Of a DNA stretch of 18,571 bases, positions 8,483 to 18,336 are shown one piece after another. The DNA is from Candidatus Hydrogenedentota bacterium (GTDB lineage Bacteria; Hydrogenedentota; Hydrogenedentia; Hydrogenedentales; GCA-2746185): contig JAYGCN010000080.1 in the NCBI GenBank assembly GCA_046583315.1, positions 1 through 18,571 on the forward strand, read 5' to 3'. A program made the translations under genes and the position numbers. Position 1 is the first letter of the stretch, and each line of letters opens with the position of its first letter. The notes beneath the pieces are model-generated. The model made no database searches and was not told the DNA's origin. It saw only the letters and a list, made by a program, of their open reading frames with translations.

Positions 8483-9367
8483 CTATCTCGGTGGAGGAGG
8501 AGGCCTTCTTCCACCAAATCCACCCGGCGGGGGACGTCGCCCATCACCACCCGGACCGGGGCCGCGACGCTGAAAACTGATATCAGGCGTGCCACGGAAA
8601 AATCGTGGTATAAAAGGATAAGCTTCCGTAAGGAAGTAGTGATAAATGCCCTCTGGGTGCGACGGGGTCACGCCGAAGCGTCCATTGCACTCATCGAGAT
8701 CGCCCGCGCCTGAAACAAACTCGTAATCCTGCACAAAGGTCCCGTCAAACCGACCGCCCGGACCACTCGGTCGAATGCCTTTCTTCAATCGATACGACGA
8801 ACGCATGATTTTTAGCGGACTGCGCATGTCCTTCGGGTCGCTATATGCATACGCGACGTAAATCGGGAAACCGTCAGCCGCATACCCTGCCTGCACCATC
8901 TGATTGATGTTGCTCCCTGTCGGCATGGCAAAGGGCGGCAGTCCGTGATAGTGATAGGCCCCGCCGGGTTGCACGTGCGCGCGATTGGCATCCAGCCCAA
9001 GATTGATTCGATCAGATAACGCCTCAAATTGCCAACCCGAATCGCGGTCCCGATTCCAGAATTCCATCGCACCGGGATCAAAGGGGATGCCGTTCGTCGC
9101 AACGCCGAAGGGGAACAGTTGCAACGGAGTCATGCGCGATGCCTGCACCGGATTCAGCGGCACCTTGAACGAATGGTTCTGCACCTGGATGGTATTGGGA
9201 TTGTTCGCATTGGGAAATTTACCCGTGCGATGATTCGGAATGCCGTTTGACGTGATGTGGAGATAGTGTTCATCGGTCGTGACCGTGACGCGGTTCGATT
9301 GCACGGAGACATCCAAGCTCATCAATGCGATACACAGGCTCAACAGCGTGACGCTTTTACTTCGCAT
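8483..9367 (-). CDS. Secreted YHYH-domain protein
   Basis: ATG at 9367 follows a GGAGG RBS and is preferred over the GTG at 9382. Signal-peptide-like N-terminus; GVATNGIP, AHVQPGGAYHYHG, GYAADGFPIYV and GDLDECNG motifs; G/P/R-rich tail. Confidence 0.88.
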   Translation of the reverse strand: MRSKSVTLLSLCIALMSLDVSVQSNRVTVTTDEHYLHITSNGIPNHRTGKFPNANNPNTIQVQNHSFKVPLNPVQASRMTPLQLFPFGVATNGIPFDPGAMEFWNRDRDSGWQFEALSDRINLGLDANRAHVQPGGAYHYHGLPPFAMPTGSNINQMVQAGYAADGFPIYVAYAYSDPKDMRSPLKIMRSSYRLKKGIRPSGPGGRFDGTFVQDYEFVSGAGDLDECNGRFGVTPSHPEGIYHYFLTEAYPFIPRFFRGTPDISFQRRGPGPGGDGRRPPPGGFGGRRPPPPPR

Positions 9368-9383
9368 TGATGAACCTCCCACA

Positions 9384-10580
9384 TTACTTCCAATGTTTGT
9401 CCGCGAATCTCATATACTGGCGCCAATCATATTTCGTCAAATTGTGCTTACCGGATCGAATGTGATAACCGACGCGATCACCATGAACGGGCTTGTCCAC
9501 TGCAGGAAACGAGACATCGCCAAGACCATCGTGGCCGTAGAGCTGATAAACGGGGCGTGCGTGATACGCCGACAGGAATTCCCCCTCCGGGTCAGCCCAG
9601 GAGTCCTCTTGCGCGCTGGCAATATACAGTAGTCGAGGTGCAATGAGTGCGGCCAACATGTGCTGATCCACCGGTAACTCGGTGTCACGTCCATTGTATT
9701 TCTTGTAATTCCCGTTAAACCAATGTGGGAATCCGTTATTGATTTTCTCGATGGTCTCGCCTTTCATACGACGAGCAATCGCCGCCCCGGTGCATCCGGA
9801 CTCGTTACTCACGATCATCCCGAAACGTCGATCTTCGGCACCTGCCCAGAGCGCAGTTTTGCCGCCACGGGAATGACCGACCAAGGCGACCCTCGTCTGA
9901 TCGATCCACTTGTTCCCAGCCAGATAATCCATACAGAGGCTGGCCCCCCAGCCCCACGCGGAAATCGTGCCCCAGGCATCGCCCGGACGCGGTTCGTTCT
10001 TCGGATCGAATAGACCGTGTACCCCGTTTCGGAAGCCGTCATCGTTGTCCGGGTCAACCTCGCCATTCCAGAAGGCGGCGGCAACAAATCCGCGACGAAC
10101 AATCTCGCGCCAAGGCCAGAAACCGTTATTCTCGGTTAAGTCAATGTTGGATGGATCGCGGTTGCAGATCAGCAAAAAGGCAGGTAGGGAGTAAGGTTCA
10201 GTCACATCGCTGGGATACACGACGGTCATGTTGAGTTCGCCGGAACCGCGGGGCGCGTCGTATTTAATCTGCACGTATTCCGCGCGTGCGCGTCCGTGGT
10301 CGACGTTGTCGACATCGACGATGTAGCGACGATGATTCTTGACCCAGGGACGAACGAAGTTCTGGGTCTCGCTTGCCGTCCCCATGCCCTGGGGTCGACG
10401 GCCGTATACGTGTTCACGGAATAGCTCCAGAACTTCTTCGCGGCGACCGTCTTTCCATTGGTCCAGGGTGGTGATCGCCGTACCGTCATTGGCGACCAAT
10501 GGATCGGGGAGATTCAACTCATCGGCGAGCACGGTCCCCCCTATCATAATCGCAAGTGTCGTGGTCAGTAGGATTCGCAT
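9384..10580 (-). CDS. Secreted carbohydrate esterase family 15 (glucuronoyl esterase-like) alpha/beta hydrolase
   Basis: Signal peptide; LPDPL, WGWGAS, nucleophile motif GHSRGGK, SNESGCTG, PVDQHML, WADPEGE and GKH; AGGAG RBS. Confidence 0.88.
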   Translation of the reverse strand: MRILLTTTLAIMIGGTVLADELNLPDPLVANDGTAITTLDQWKDGRREEVLELFREHVYGRRPQGMGTASETQNFVRPWVKNHRRYIVDVDNVDHGRARAEYVQIKYDAPRGSGELNMTVVYPSDVTEPYSLPAFLLICNRDPSNIDLTENNGFWPWREIVRRGFVAAAFWNGEVDPDNDDGFRNGVHGLFDPKNEPRPGDAWGTISAWGWGASLCMDYLAGNKWIDQTRVALVGHSRGGKTALWAGAEDRRFGMIVSNESGCTGAAIARRMKGETIEKINNGFPHWFNGNYKKYNGRDTELPVDQHMLAALIAPRLLYIASAQEDSWADPEGEFLSAYHARPVYQLYGHDGLGDVSFPAVDKPVHGDRVGYHIRSGKHNLTKYDWRQYMRFADKHWK

Positions 10581-10618
10581 CGTCGTTCTCCTGCACCGGA
10601 ACAGTGGTTGGCACTACA

Positions 10619-10840
10619 CTATCGGTTACGCAACTGGCTCAATACTTCCTCATCTTCAGGGAAGCGACCAGTCTCTTTTTTCGAGTAGATGGCATTGCCG
10701 TCCAGCTTGACGAGAAAAATTCCATTGCCTCCCTCGATCAATTCAGATTTCACCTCAAACTCCCGCTCTATCGCTGCGGCCAAACTGGTCGCATTGGGCA
10801 GGTAGTTTCACATCCCGCAATATTCGATGGATAGTTGCAT
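10619..10840 (-). CDS. Rdx-family (SelW/SelT/SelH-like) selenoprotein, 73 aa, Sec at codon 11
   Basis: GGGAGAG RBS, ATG at 10840, TAG at 10621-10619. Reading the TGA at 10810-10808 as Sec gives MQLSIEYCGMUNYLPNATSLAAAIEREFEVKSELIEGGNGIFLVKLDGNAIYSKKETGRFPEDEEVLSQLRNR. This has the Rdx pattern IEYCxxU-x-Y, G-x-F-x-V-x-x-DG and SK...GRFP. A SECIS-like hairpin follows the UGA. Confidence 0.92.
10775..10793 (-). promoter_or_regulatory. Putative bacterial SECIS element
   Basis: mRNA UGCGaCCA-GUU-UGGcCGCA starts 14 nt after the UGA: 7 pairs around one mismatch, with G first in the apical loop, 22 nt after the UGA. Confidence 0.75.
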
Positions 10841-10866
10841 CGTATTCTCTCCCGTTATAGTGTTAC

Positions 10867-11982
10867 CTACTCTAGTGTATCCTCAATACCCCGTTCCCGA
10901 TCAATACTCCCGCCGATAATATCCTGAACGGTCCAAAAATCATTCTCCCACGCTGAGCTGTATACCGTATCAATATCCCCGTCACTGCCGGCTACCAATA
11001 GCATGATTCGAAGATCATTCCGCTCGGCGAAATCGAGACCTTCCTCCATCCCCATGACCATCAGGGCCGTGGCGTAGGCATCGGCGTGGGCGCAATCGTC
11101 GCGCATCACCGAGGAAGACAGCAATTTGTGCGCTACCGGTTTGAGGGTCAAGGGATCAATGGTATGGGAAATCTGTACGCCGTCGATCTCCGAAAAATTG
11201 CGATAGTTTCCAGAGGTCGCGAGAGATTGATTGAGCAATGCAACTTGCGATTGAATCGCACGCACATCGGGCACGGGCTTTTCGATACCAACATTCCAGA
11301 AAAAATTACCCTTGTCGTTGTTTCCTCTCGCGCGTACCTCCCCCCCGATTTCCACGAAATAATTCTGAATGCCGCGTTCTTCAAGCAGCGCGGCTACGGC
11401 ATCCACGGCATAGCCTTTCGCGATGGCAGACAAATCACAATAGACCTTGGCGTGGTCTTTCGTGATTGTGCCGTCTGCAGATTCGATACGCAAGTGTTGA
11501 TAACCGACATACGCACGCATGGCATTGAGTTCTGAATCGGACGGCAGATCAATGTCCAACGTGGGGCCGAAGCCGTAAGCGTTTACGGCAGGACCGACGG
11601 TGATATCGAATCGGCCGTCGGTTTCTTCGGAAATTTTCAAAGCCAGGGCAAAGACCTCATACGTGTCCGGCGAAAGCGGAAAGGGTACATCGGCTTGCCA
11701 CCGGTTAAAGCGCGACAATTCCGAATCGGGATCATACGTCGACATGAGCGCATTGATCCCATCGAGGCGGTCGTCGATTTCGGACTGAAGCCCTCGCGTA
11801 CTACCCGAACCGTGCACCTTGACCATATAGGTGGTGCCCATGGTCTCACCGTTCAAATAGACACTTCCGGGTGGAGCGCCGGACGGAGATTGAGACAGCC
11901 GGTACCAACTCAGCGCAACCAAAATAAAAAGTCCCGCCATGAGCATGGCGAGACGTTTTTTGGTTAAAGGTTCGCTGGACAC
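10867..11982 (-). CDS. apbE: FAD:protein FMN transferase
   Basis: GETMGT, SELSRFN, DITVGP, DLSAIAKGYAVD, EIGGE, ATSGNY, SHTIDP and ADAYATA motifs; directly after nqrF. GTG start is uncertain. Confidence 0.95.
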   Translation of the reverse strand: MSSEPLTKKRLAMLMAGLFILVALSWYRLSQSPSGAPPGSVYLNGETMGTTYMVKVHGSGSTRGLQSEIDDRLDGINALMSTYDPDSELSRFNRWQADVPFPLSPDTYEVFALALKISEETDGRFDITVGPAVNAYGFGPTLDIDLPSDSELNAMRAYVGYQHLRIESADGTITKDHAKVYCDLSAIAKGYAVDAVAALLEERGIQNYFVEIGGEVRARGNNDKGNFFWNVGIEKPVPDVRAIQSQVALLNQSLATSGNYRNFSEIDGVQISHTIDPLTLKPVAHKLLSSSVMRDDCAHADAYATALMVMGMEEGLDFAERNDLRIMLLVAGSDGDIDTVYSSAWENDFWTVQDIIGGSIDRERGIEDTLE

Positions 11983-11993
11983 GGGCTGACCGC

Positions 11994-13226
11994 TTAGCCG
12001 CCGAAGTCGTCGAACATGATGTTCTCAGGTTCAACACCCAGGTCGGTCAACATATTAATTACCGCGTCGTTCATCATCGGCGGTCCACAGATGTAGTATT
12101 CACAATCTTCAGGGCTCTCGTGCTCTTTCAGGTATTCATCCAGCAACACCTGGTGAATGAATCCCACGTAGCCAGACCAATTGTCTTCTTCCAGCGGTTC
12201 GGACAGGGCCAGGTGCCACTCGAAATTGTCGTTGTCCTTCGCTATCGAATCAAAGTGGTCGATATAAAAGGCTTCCCGCAGACTCCGCGCGCCATACCAG
12301 AACGAAACTTTGCGATCCGTTTTGAGCGTCTTGAACTGCTCGAAGATGTGAGAACGCATCGGCGCCATACCAGCACCACCTCCAATGAAAACCATCTCGT
12401 TTTTGGTTTCGCGTGCAAAGAACTCGCCATAGGGACCCGAAATGACCACTTCATCGCCCGGCTTTAGATTGAAAATGTAGGACGACATAATGCCCGGCGG
12501 CGTTCCTTCCGGTGCGCGCGGTGGCGGCGTGGCGATACGCACATTCAGCATGATGATGTCCGATTCAGCCGGGAAGCTGGCCATGGAGTACGCGCGAAAT
12601 ACGGTATCGTTAACTACCGATTTGTAGCGCCAAATATTAAAATTGTCCCAGTCCGCCTTGTATTCGTCAGCGACCTCCATGTCCTTATAATCCGACACAT
12701 GAGGAGAGCATTCGATCTGAATATAACCACCGGCACGAAACGGTACCGCTTCGCCTTCAGGCAATTCAAGAATAAGCTCTTTGATAAACGTAGCCACATT
12801 GTCGTTCGAACGAACTTTGCAAGTCCACTTGCGCACATCGAATATCTCAGCGGGAATCTCAATCTTCAAGTCCTGTTTGACCTTGACCTGACAAGACAGA
12901 CGACATCCCTCGCGTGCTTCACCACGGTTAATAAAACTCAATTCCGTAGGCAGCATCGCACCCCCGCCCTCAAGAACTTTTACCGTGCACACGCCGCAGC
13001 TACCCTTACCCCCGCAGGCGGAAGGGATAAATATTTTCTGTTCGGCGAGCAGATTCAGCAATGTGCCGCCAGCGCTGGCCGTGATCGCCTTGTCCGGAGC
13101 GCCGTTGACCAAAACGGTCACATCGCCGCTACTGACCAGTTTGCCGCGTGCAAACATCAGCACAAACACCAGCGTCAGAATGATGCCCGTAAACATCACC
13201 ATACCCATCAAAATGGTTGTCAACAT
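11994..13226 (-). CDS. nqrF: Na+-translocating NADH:quinone reductase subunit F
   Basis: 2Fe-2S motif [12 protein letters not shown]...[25 protein letters not shown], and C-terminal DDFGG. Confidence 0.98.
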   Translation of the reverse strand: MLTTILMGMVMFTGIILTLVFVLMFARGKLVSSGDVTVLVNGAPDKAITASAGGTLLNLLAEQKIFIPSACGGKGSCGVCTVKVLEGGGAMLPTELSFINRGEAREGCRLSCQVKVKQDLKIEIPAEIFDVRKWTCKVRSNDNVATFIKELILELPEGEAVPFRAGGYIQIECSPHVSDYKDMEVADEYKADWDNFNIWRYKSVVNDTVFRAYSMASFPAESDIIMLNVRIATPPPRAPEGTPPGIMSSYIFNLKPGDEVVISGPYGEFFARETKNEMVFIGGGAGMAPMRSHIFEQFKTLKTDRKVSFWYGARSLREAFYIDHFDSIAKDNDNFEWHLALSEPLEEDNWSGYVGFIHQVLLDEYLKEHESPEDCEYYICGPPMMNDAVINMLTDLGVEPENIMFDDFGG

Positions 13227-13254
13227 ACCGCGTTTCCTTCTAGCTAATTTCTAT

Positions 13255-13878
13255 TTAGAGCTGGATTCCGCCAAAGGCCATGAATCCGATCGCCATTAAA
13301 CCTGTAACAATAAACGTGATACCGAGTCCACGCAGACCTTCGGGTACGTTGCTGTACACCATCTTTTCACGTATCGCCGCGAGCAACACAACCGCAAGTG
13401 CCCAGCCGATGCCGTTTCCGAAACCGTACACAATGCTTTCAATGAAGTTGTAGTCCTTCTCCACCATAAATAACGACGCACCGAGAATGGCGCAATTCAC
13501 CGTAATGAGCGGCAAGAACACTCCAAGGGCCACGTACAGGGCCGGCACGAACTTGTCGAGAAACATCTCAAGTAACTGCACCGTCGCAGCGATGACCCCG
13601 ATGTAACTGATGAATCCGAGAAAGGAAAGGTCGTAGGTGCCGAGCGTGTCGCCCAGTCCAGGCACCCAACTCAGCGCGCCTTCCTTAAGCAGATAGTTGT
13701 ATACGAGATTATTCAAAGGCACCGTAATACCCAACACGAAAATAACCGCGAAGCCGAGCCCGATAGCCGTCTCAACTTTCTTTGAACACGCCAGGAAAGT
13801 ACACATGCCCAAAAACAGGGACAGCGCCATGTTCTCGATGAAAATCGCTTTGATCAGTATGTTGATATATTCTTCCAT
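13255..13878 (-). CDS. nqrE: Na+-NQR subunit E
   Basis: [26 protein letters not shown] and GLRGLGITF motifs. Confidence 0.98.
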   Translation of the reverse strand: MEEYINILIKAIFIENMALSLFLGMCTFLACSKKVETAIGLGFAVIFVLGITVPLNNLVYNYLLKEGALSWVPGLGDTLGTYDLSFLGFISYIGVIAATVQLLEMFLDKFVPALYVALGVFLPLITVNCAILGASLFMVEKDYNFIESIVYGFGNGIGWALAVVLLAAIREKMVYSNVPEGLRGLGITFIVTGLMAIGFMAFGGIQL

Positions 13879-13883
13879 GTCAA

Positions 13884-14516
13884 TTATCCCTCTTCAACCT
13901 GATCGGGTTTGATGGTGCGAATTCCCCAAATCATGAATCCGATGATGAAAAACGCGCCCGGCGCAAGCAGCATCAAACCATTGGGCAAATACCAGCCCCC
14001 GTCATTCACCGTCGCAAAAACGACTTTGCCGAATATCTTGCCGGCACCCAGCAATTCACGCGTTATCGCTGTGCCCATCAAAATCAGGCTGTAACCCAGA
14101 CCGTTGCCAAAACCATCCAGAAAACTCGGTAACGGCGCATTCTGCATCGCAAACCCTTCCGCGCGTCCCATCACAATACAGTTCGTAATGATAAGTCCCA
14201 CGAAGACAGTCAATTTTGCGCTCACATCAGGCACAAAAGCCTGCATCACCTGATCCGCGACGATTACAAAGGACGCGATAATACACATCTGCACGATGAT
14301 ACGAATGCTTGAAGGGATGTAGTTGCGCAGAAAACTGACCGACAAACTAGAAAAAGCCGTCACCAGTGTCAGGGCAATACACATGATAAGCGAGGGCATC
14401 ATCTGGGTCGTGACAGCAAGCGCCGAACAAATACCCAACACCTGCAACGCAATAGGGTTGTTGTTGATAAGCGGATCCAACATGATTTTCCGCTCTTCTT
14501 TGCCAAGTATCGCCAT
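13884..14516 (-). CDS. nqrD: Na+-NQR subunit D
   Basis: [18 protein letters not shown] and [15 protein letters not shown] motifs. Confidence 0.98.
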   Translation of the reverse strand: MAILGKEERKIMLDPLINNNPIALQVLGICSALAVTTQMMPSLIMCIALTLVTAFSSLSVSFLRNYIPSSIRIIVQMCIIASFVIVADQVMQAFVPDVSAKLTVFVGLIITNCIVMGRAEGFAMQNAPLPSFLDGFGNGLGYSLILMGTAITRELLGAGKIFGKVVFATVNDGGWYLPNGLMLLAPGAFFIIGFMIWGIRTIKPDQVEEG

Positions 14517-15313
14517 TATGCATCACTCCCTTCAGAATTCAGACTCGCCAGATAAGGACCAAAGCCCTCTTTACCGAGCCAGAAACGCAATAAATTTGTC
14601 ACGCCGTTACTGGTCAATGTCGCGCCGGCCAATCCGTCCACCGCATACGGTGTTTCTTCCGGAGTGCCCGCAGGACCTTTGATGACCTTTATCATCACTT
14701 CGCCACTGTCGTCATACACCTTGCGTCCCGGCCATTTGGCTTTCCAGCTCGGATTGTCCACTTCAGCGCCGAGCCCGGGTGTTTCTTTATGTTTAAAGAA
14801 CGTCAGACCACGTATCGTTTCGATGTCTTTGTCCAGCGAAACGAAGCCGTAGAGGGTACCCCACAATCCCATACCTTCTACCGGCAAAACGAGATTGTCC
14901 GCGTTTCCCTCTTCATCCTGGATGATGTATATCGGAATGTGTTTTGGGACACGTTTGACCTTGGCGAAGTTCGCATCCGCCTCGTTGCTCAACGCAGGGT
15001 TCTTCGACGCTTTCAACTGGTCATAGGTCAGCGGATCGTCTATACCGCTATCCGTCACGACTTTACCGCTTTGCATATCAATAATCAGGGATTCGATACG
15101 TGTGTCGAAAAGTACATTCACCTCATCCTGCGAAGGTTTTACACCTTCTTCGATCAATCCGGATACCGCAAGAATCTTAATCTGTTTCGCGTATAATTGA
15201 TTGGCCAGCTGCCGATCTTTCAGCAGCACTGCCGTCGACGATACCAATAACGAACAGGCCAAACAGACAACAGCAGAAAATCCGACGATGTACTTAATGC
15301 TATTCTGCTGCAT
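14516..15313 (-). CDS. nqrC: Na+-NQR subunit C
   Basis: Start placed at ATG 15313 (MQQNSIK), which follows a GGAGGGAG RBS inside the nqrB end. GLWG, ETPGLG and FMN site [11 protein letters not shown]. Confidence 0.96.
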   Translation of the reverse strand: MQQNSIKYIVGFSAVVCLACSLLVSSTAVLLKDRQLANQLYAKQIKILAVSGLIEEGVKPSQDEVNVLFDTRIESLIIDMQSGKVVTDSGIDDPLTYDQLKASKNPALSNEADANFAKVKRVPKHIPIYIIQDEEGNADNLVLPVEGMGLWGTLYGFVSLDKDIETIRGLTFFKHKETPGLGAEVDNPSWKAKWPGRKVYDDSGEVMIKVIKGPAGTPEETPYAVDGLAGATLTSNGVTNLLRFWLGKEGFGPYLASLNSEGSDA

Positions 15314-16529
15314 AACGTGCCTCCCTCCGTTTGATGTTTTCCTGAATAAAGAAATAGTCAATCAGGGGAGCGACCATGTTCATAAACAATATTGCCAACA
15401 TCCAGCCTTCCGGGAATGCCGGATTTATCGTACGTACCAGAATTCCGAATATACCAATGAAGAAACCGTAGATGAGTTTGCCGTTATTCGTGAAGGCCGA
15501 CGATACCGGGTCGGTCGCCATAAAGACCGCCGCAAACGCAAATCCGCCAAGCACCCAGTGCCAGTAGAAGGGTATCTCGAACATGGGGTTCGTTTCCGAA
15601 CCCACCGTAGTGAGAATCACGGCCATCACAAAACTACCGGCCACGCAACCCGCCATCGTGCGCCACGAGCCTACGCCGCTGATAATCAGTACCGCCGCTC
15701 CAAAGAGGCACAACAGCGTCGAGGTCTCGCCGATAGAACCGGGAATAAAGCCCAGGAATGCCTGACCCCAAGTGAATCCGCTTTCCCGAATCCCGTCCAT
15801 GCCCGTAAGAGCCGCACGACCGAGAAGTGTGGCACCCGAATAACCGTCCGCGGTCGTCTGCGCAGCTATCCAGACTTTATCGCCGGAGATTTGCGCTGGG
15901 TATGCGAAAAACAAAAATGCGCGCCCGGCCAGAGCAGGATTCAAGAAATTCATGCCCACCCCGCCGAATATTTCCTTGGCCACAACCACCCCGAACGCGA
16001 TGCCCATCGCCACCTGCCAAAGCGGCGTGCTTGCCGGAAGAATCAGCGGAAACAACGCGCCGGATACGAGGAAACCCTCGGTAATATCATGTTTGCGAAT
16101 CACTGCGAAAAGAGCTTCGAGCAGTCCCCCCACCGTCATGGTCACGGCGTATATCGGAATATAATGTATCGCGCCGAAGAGAATGCATCCGAACCAGCTA
16201 GCCGTATTAAAGTCCCAGCCCATAAATTGATACAGATTCGTCTGCCACGTATCGCCTGGAAGCGCACCACCTTCGATGGCCAGGAAGGCCTGTAGCCCAG
16301 TGTTGTACATCGCCATCAACATACACGGGGATAAGGCAATCACCACGGTGAACATCATGCGCTTGAGATCCAGGCCGTCGCGCACATGGGACGCGCCCTT
16401 CGTCGTCTCGCCGGGAGTCAACATGAAGGTGTCGCCTGCCTCGAACAAGGGATACAGCTTTTCCAGCGGTTTCCCTTTGGCAAACAACATCTCGTGTTGT
16501 TTATCTTGTAAATCTTTCAAGAATTTCAT
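15300..16529 (-). CDS. nqrB: Na+-NQR subunit B
   Basis: HVRDGLDLKRMM, KEIFGG, NPALAGRAF, FMN site DGYSGAT and FMATDPVS. ATG 16529 follows AAGGA; TTG 16532 is an alternative start. Confidence 0.97.
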   Translation of the reverse strand: MKFLKDLQDKQHEMLFAKGKPLEKLYPLFEAGDTFMLTPGETTKGASHVRDGLDLKRMMFTVVIALSPCMLMAMYNTGLQAFLAIEGGALPGDTWQTNLYQFMGWDFNTASWFGCILFGAIHYIPIYAVTMTVGGLLEALFAVIRKHDITEGFLVSGALFPLILPASTPLWQVAMGIAFGVVVAKEIFGGVGMNFLNPALAGRAFLFFAYPAQISGDKVWIAAQTTADGYSGATLLGRAALTGMDGIRESGFTWGQAFLGFIPGSIGETSTLLCLFGAAVLIISGVGSWRTMAGCVAGSFVMAVILTTVGSETNPMFEIPFYWHWVLGGFAFAAVFMATDPVSSAFTNNGKLIYGFFIGIFGILVRTINPAFPEGWMLAILFMNMVAPLIDYFFIQENIKRREARYAAE

Positions 16530-16580
16530 CAACGTTCCTTAATAAAAGTATTTCTATTTCAAAAAATCAAGCAGTCGAGA

Positions 16581-17960
16581 TCACCCTTCCGCTTCAATTA
16601 CCGTCAACACTTCACGCAAATACGGGCCGTACTCATATTTGCCCGGACACGCGAAGGTGCATAGCGCCAGATCTTCTTCGTCAAGCTCAAGACACCCCAG
16701 CTTCTCAGCACCCTCAACATCCCCCATCACCAATGCGCGCAATAAATGGGTCGGCATGATATCCAGCGGCACGACTTTCTCGTACATACCTATCGGAACC
16801 ATCGCCCGCATTGATCCGTTCGTGGAGGTCGTGAAGTTAAACTTGTGATTCGGTCGCAACTTCGACACGAAGGTATTGATGATCGAAAATTTTTCCTGAC
16901 CCGGTCCAAGCCACCCAAGGAACACACGTTCCTTATCTTCAGCGATCACAGAAATCTGATTGTGAAAACGACCCAGATAGCCAAGTGCATCACCCGAAGC
17001 CTTACGACCGGACAATACTGACCCCGATATAACGCGATTCAAGTCGCCTTCGGTCTGACTGTCGACCAAACTATCCGTCGAGGCACCAATACGCGTCTTG
17101 AGCAGTCGCGGCTTTATTACCTGCGGCCCGGCCAGCGAAATAACTCGGCTTACATCAAGCTCACCTGTGGTTATCAAGGTACCAATGGCGATCACGTCCT
17201 GATAGCCGATATGCCAGGCCACGCGACCGCGATGAGCCGGTTTCAGCATGTGAATATGAGTTCCCGGAGCACCCGCTGGATGGGGACCGGAGAATTGTTC
17301 GTGACTAATGCCCGCATAGGGCCCGACACCGATCGCTGAATTTTCGGCTGTACACAGAAACATGTTGCCTTCGCGCAATTTTGCGATGGCCGCCATGCCT
17401 TTTTCGAAAGGCGTTTCGTTGCCGCTGAAAACCACATCCACATCCGCCGCCAAAGGATTCGTATCCATGGCCGTAACGAAAATCGCGCCAGGTTCCGAAT
17501 CAACACTCGGCACCTTGCTGAAAGGGCGCGTGCGAAATGCGGTCCACAAGCCGGATTCAATCAGTAGCGCACGCACCTCATCGCAACTGTACGACGCGAT
17601 ATCTTTATCCTGATAACTATCGAAGGCGACTACTTCCTCCTTCGAAGGTGTACCCGCACGTTCGCCTTCGGAAAGTTCAACGACAACCGATTGCAGCGCG
17701 CGTTTCTCGCCACGGTTCACAGCCGATATAGTCCCTGCCGCGGGCGAGGTATAAATGGTGCCGGGAGATTTCTTGTCTTCGAAAAGTGCTTGACCGCGTT
17801 TCACGGTATCGCCCACCGCGACAAGCATGGTCGGTTTCATGCCGACATAATCTGCAGCCATCAATGCAACATGCGAAACGGAAACGCCTGCTTCAATGAC
17901 TTGTTCGGGTGTGCCAGCAATCGGCAGGTCCAAACCCTTCTTAATCTTATGAACGCCCAT
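16581..17960 (-). CDS. nqrA: Na+-NQR subunit A
   Basis: [25 protein letters not shown] and [22 protein letters not shown] motifs; AAGGAG RBS. Confidence 0.98.
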   Translation of the reverse strand: MGVHKIKKGLDLPIAGTPEQVIEAGVSVSHVALMAADYVGMKPTMLVAVGDTVKRGQALFEDKKSPGTIYTSPAAGTISAVNRGEKRALQSVVVELSEGERAGTPSKEEVVAFDSYQDKDIASYSCDEVRALLIESGLWTAFRTRPFSKVPSVDSEPGAIFVTAMDTNPLAADVDVVFSGNETPFEKGMAAIAKLREGNMFLCTAENSAIGVGPYAGISHEQFSGPHPAGAPGTHIHMLKPAHRGRVAWHIGYQDVIAIGTLITTGELDVSRVISLAGPQVIKPRLLKTRIGASTDSLVDSQTEGDLNRVISGSVLSGRKASGDALGYLGRFHNQISVIAEDKERVFLGWLGPGQEKFSIINTFVSKLRPNHKFNFTTSTNGSMRAMVPIGMYEKVVPLDIMPTHLLRALVMGDVEGAEKLGCLELDEEDLALCTFACPGKYEYGPYLREVLTVIEAEG

Positions 17961-18169
17961 CGTGCTCCTTTGTACAACTGTATCCTGAAATGGGGATCAG
18001 ACATCTGGTGAAATGAGGCATGCACCGGCGCGCCTCATTGATTTTTACAGGGAATTCGAAGGTATCGGCAAGCTCAACAAACTGCCAGAGATGCCACCAA
18101 AATGGGTCTCGCCGGCGCGCCTGACCCGTTTCGAAAAAATACGAACTATTCCACCCGAAAGACTCGCCC

Positions 18170-18199
18170 ATTTTGCCATATTGACTCCATGTCGCGCAA
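18170..18199 (-). promoter_or_regulatory. Candidate promoter of the nqr operon
   Basis: On the - strand: TTGCGC - 18 nt - CAAAAT with an extended TGn. Weak match only. Confidence 0.35.
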
Positions 18200-18306
18200 G
18201 CAAAGTTTGTGATTTCACAACATATTTTGGTGTTGCCAACGCCAGGGATTGACCAACTACCCCTTAGCTGAAACTACCAGGCCGCACAGTTGTCTGCACC
18301 CCAATA

Positions 18307-18336
18307 TTGACTCGCTGTACCCCCATTTTCTATAAT
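18307..18336 (+). promoter_or_regulatory. Sigma70 promoter of the tRNA gene
   Basis: TTGACT (18307-18312) - 18 nt - TATAAT (18331-18336), 45 nt upstream of the tRNA. Confidence 0.8.

Noticed and set aside
10339..10834. + strand ORFs 10339-10710 and 10556-10834 as the gene filling the gap
   Set aside because: They are antisense shadows of the CE15 and selenoprotein genes, with no recognisable motifs.
10619..10840. Rdx gene as a nonsense pseudogene, or UGA reassigned to Trp/Gly
   Set aside because: The single TGA falls on the redox-active position and is followed by a SECIS-like hairpin, and TGA is used as a normal stop by nqrA and the beta-CASP gene.
14610..14640. NqrC flavinylation motif AGAT instead of SGAT as a sign of inactivation
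   Set aside because: The acceptor Thr and upstream Asp are intact, and that position of the motif tolerates variation.
15314..15361. Longer nqrC N-terminus given in the ORF track
   Set aside because: It would overlap nqrB by 62 nt; ATG 15313 has a strong RBS and gives a normal NqrC start.
15201..16295. 364-aa + strand ORF
   Set aside because: Antisense shadow of nqrB/nqrC; R/H-rich composition typical of non-coding frames.
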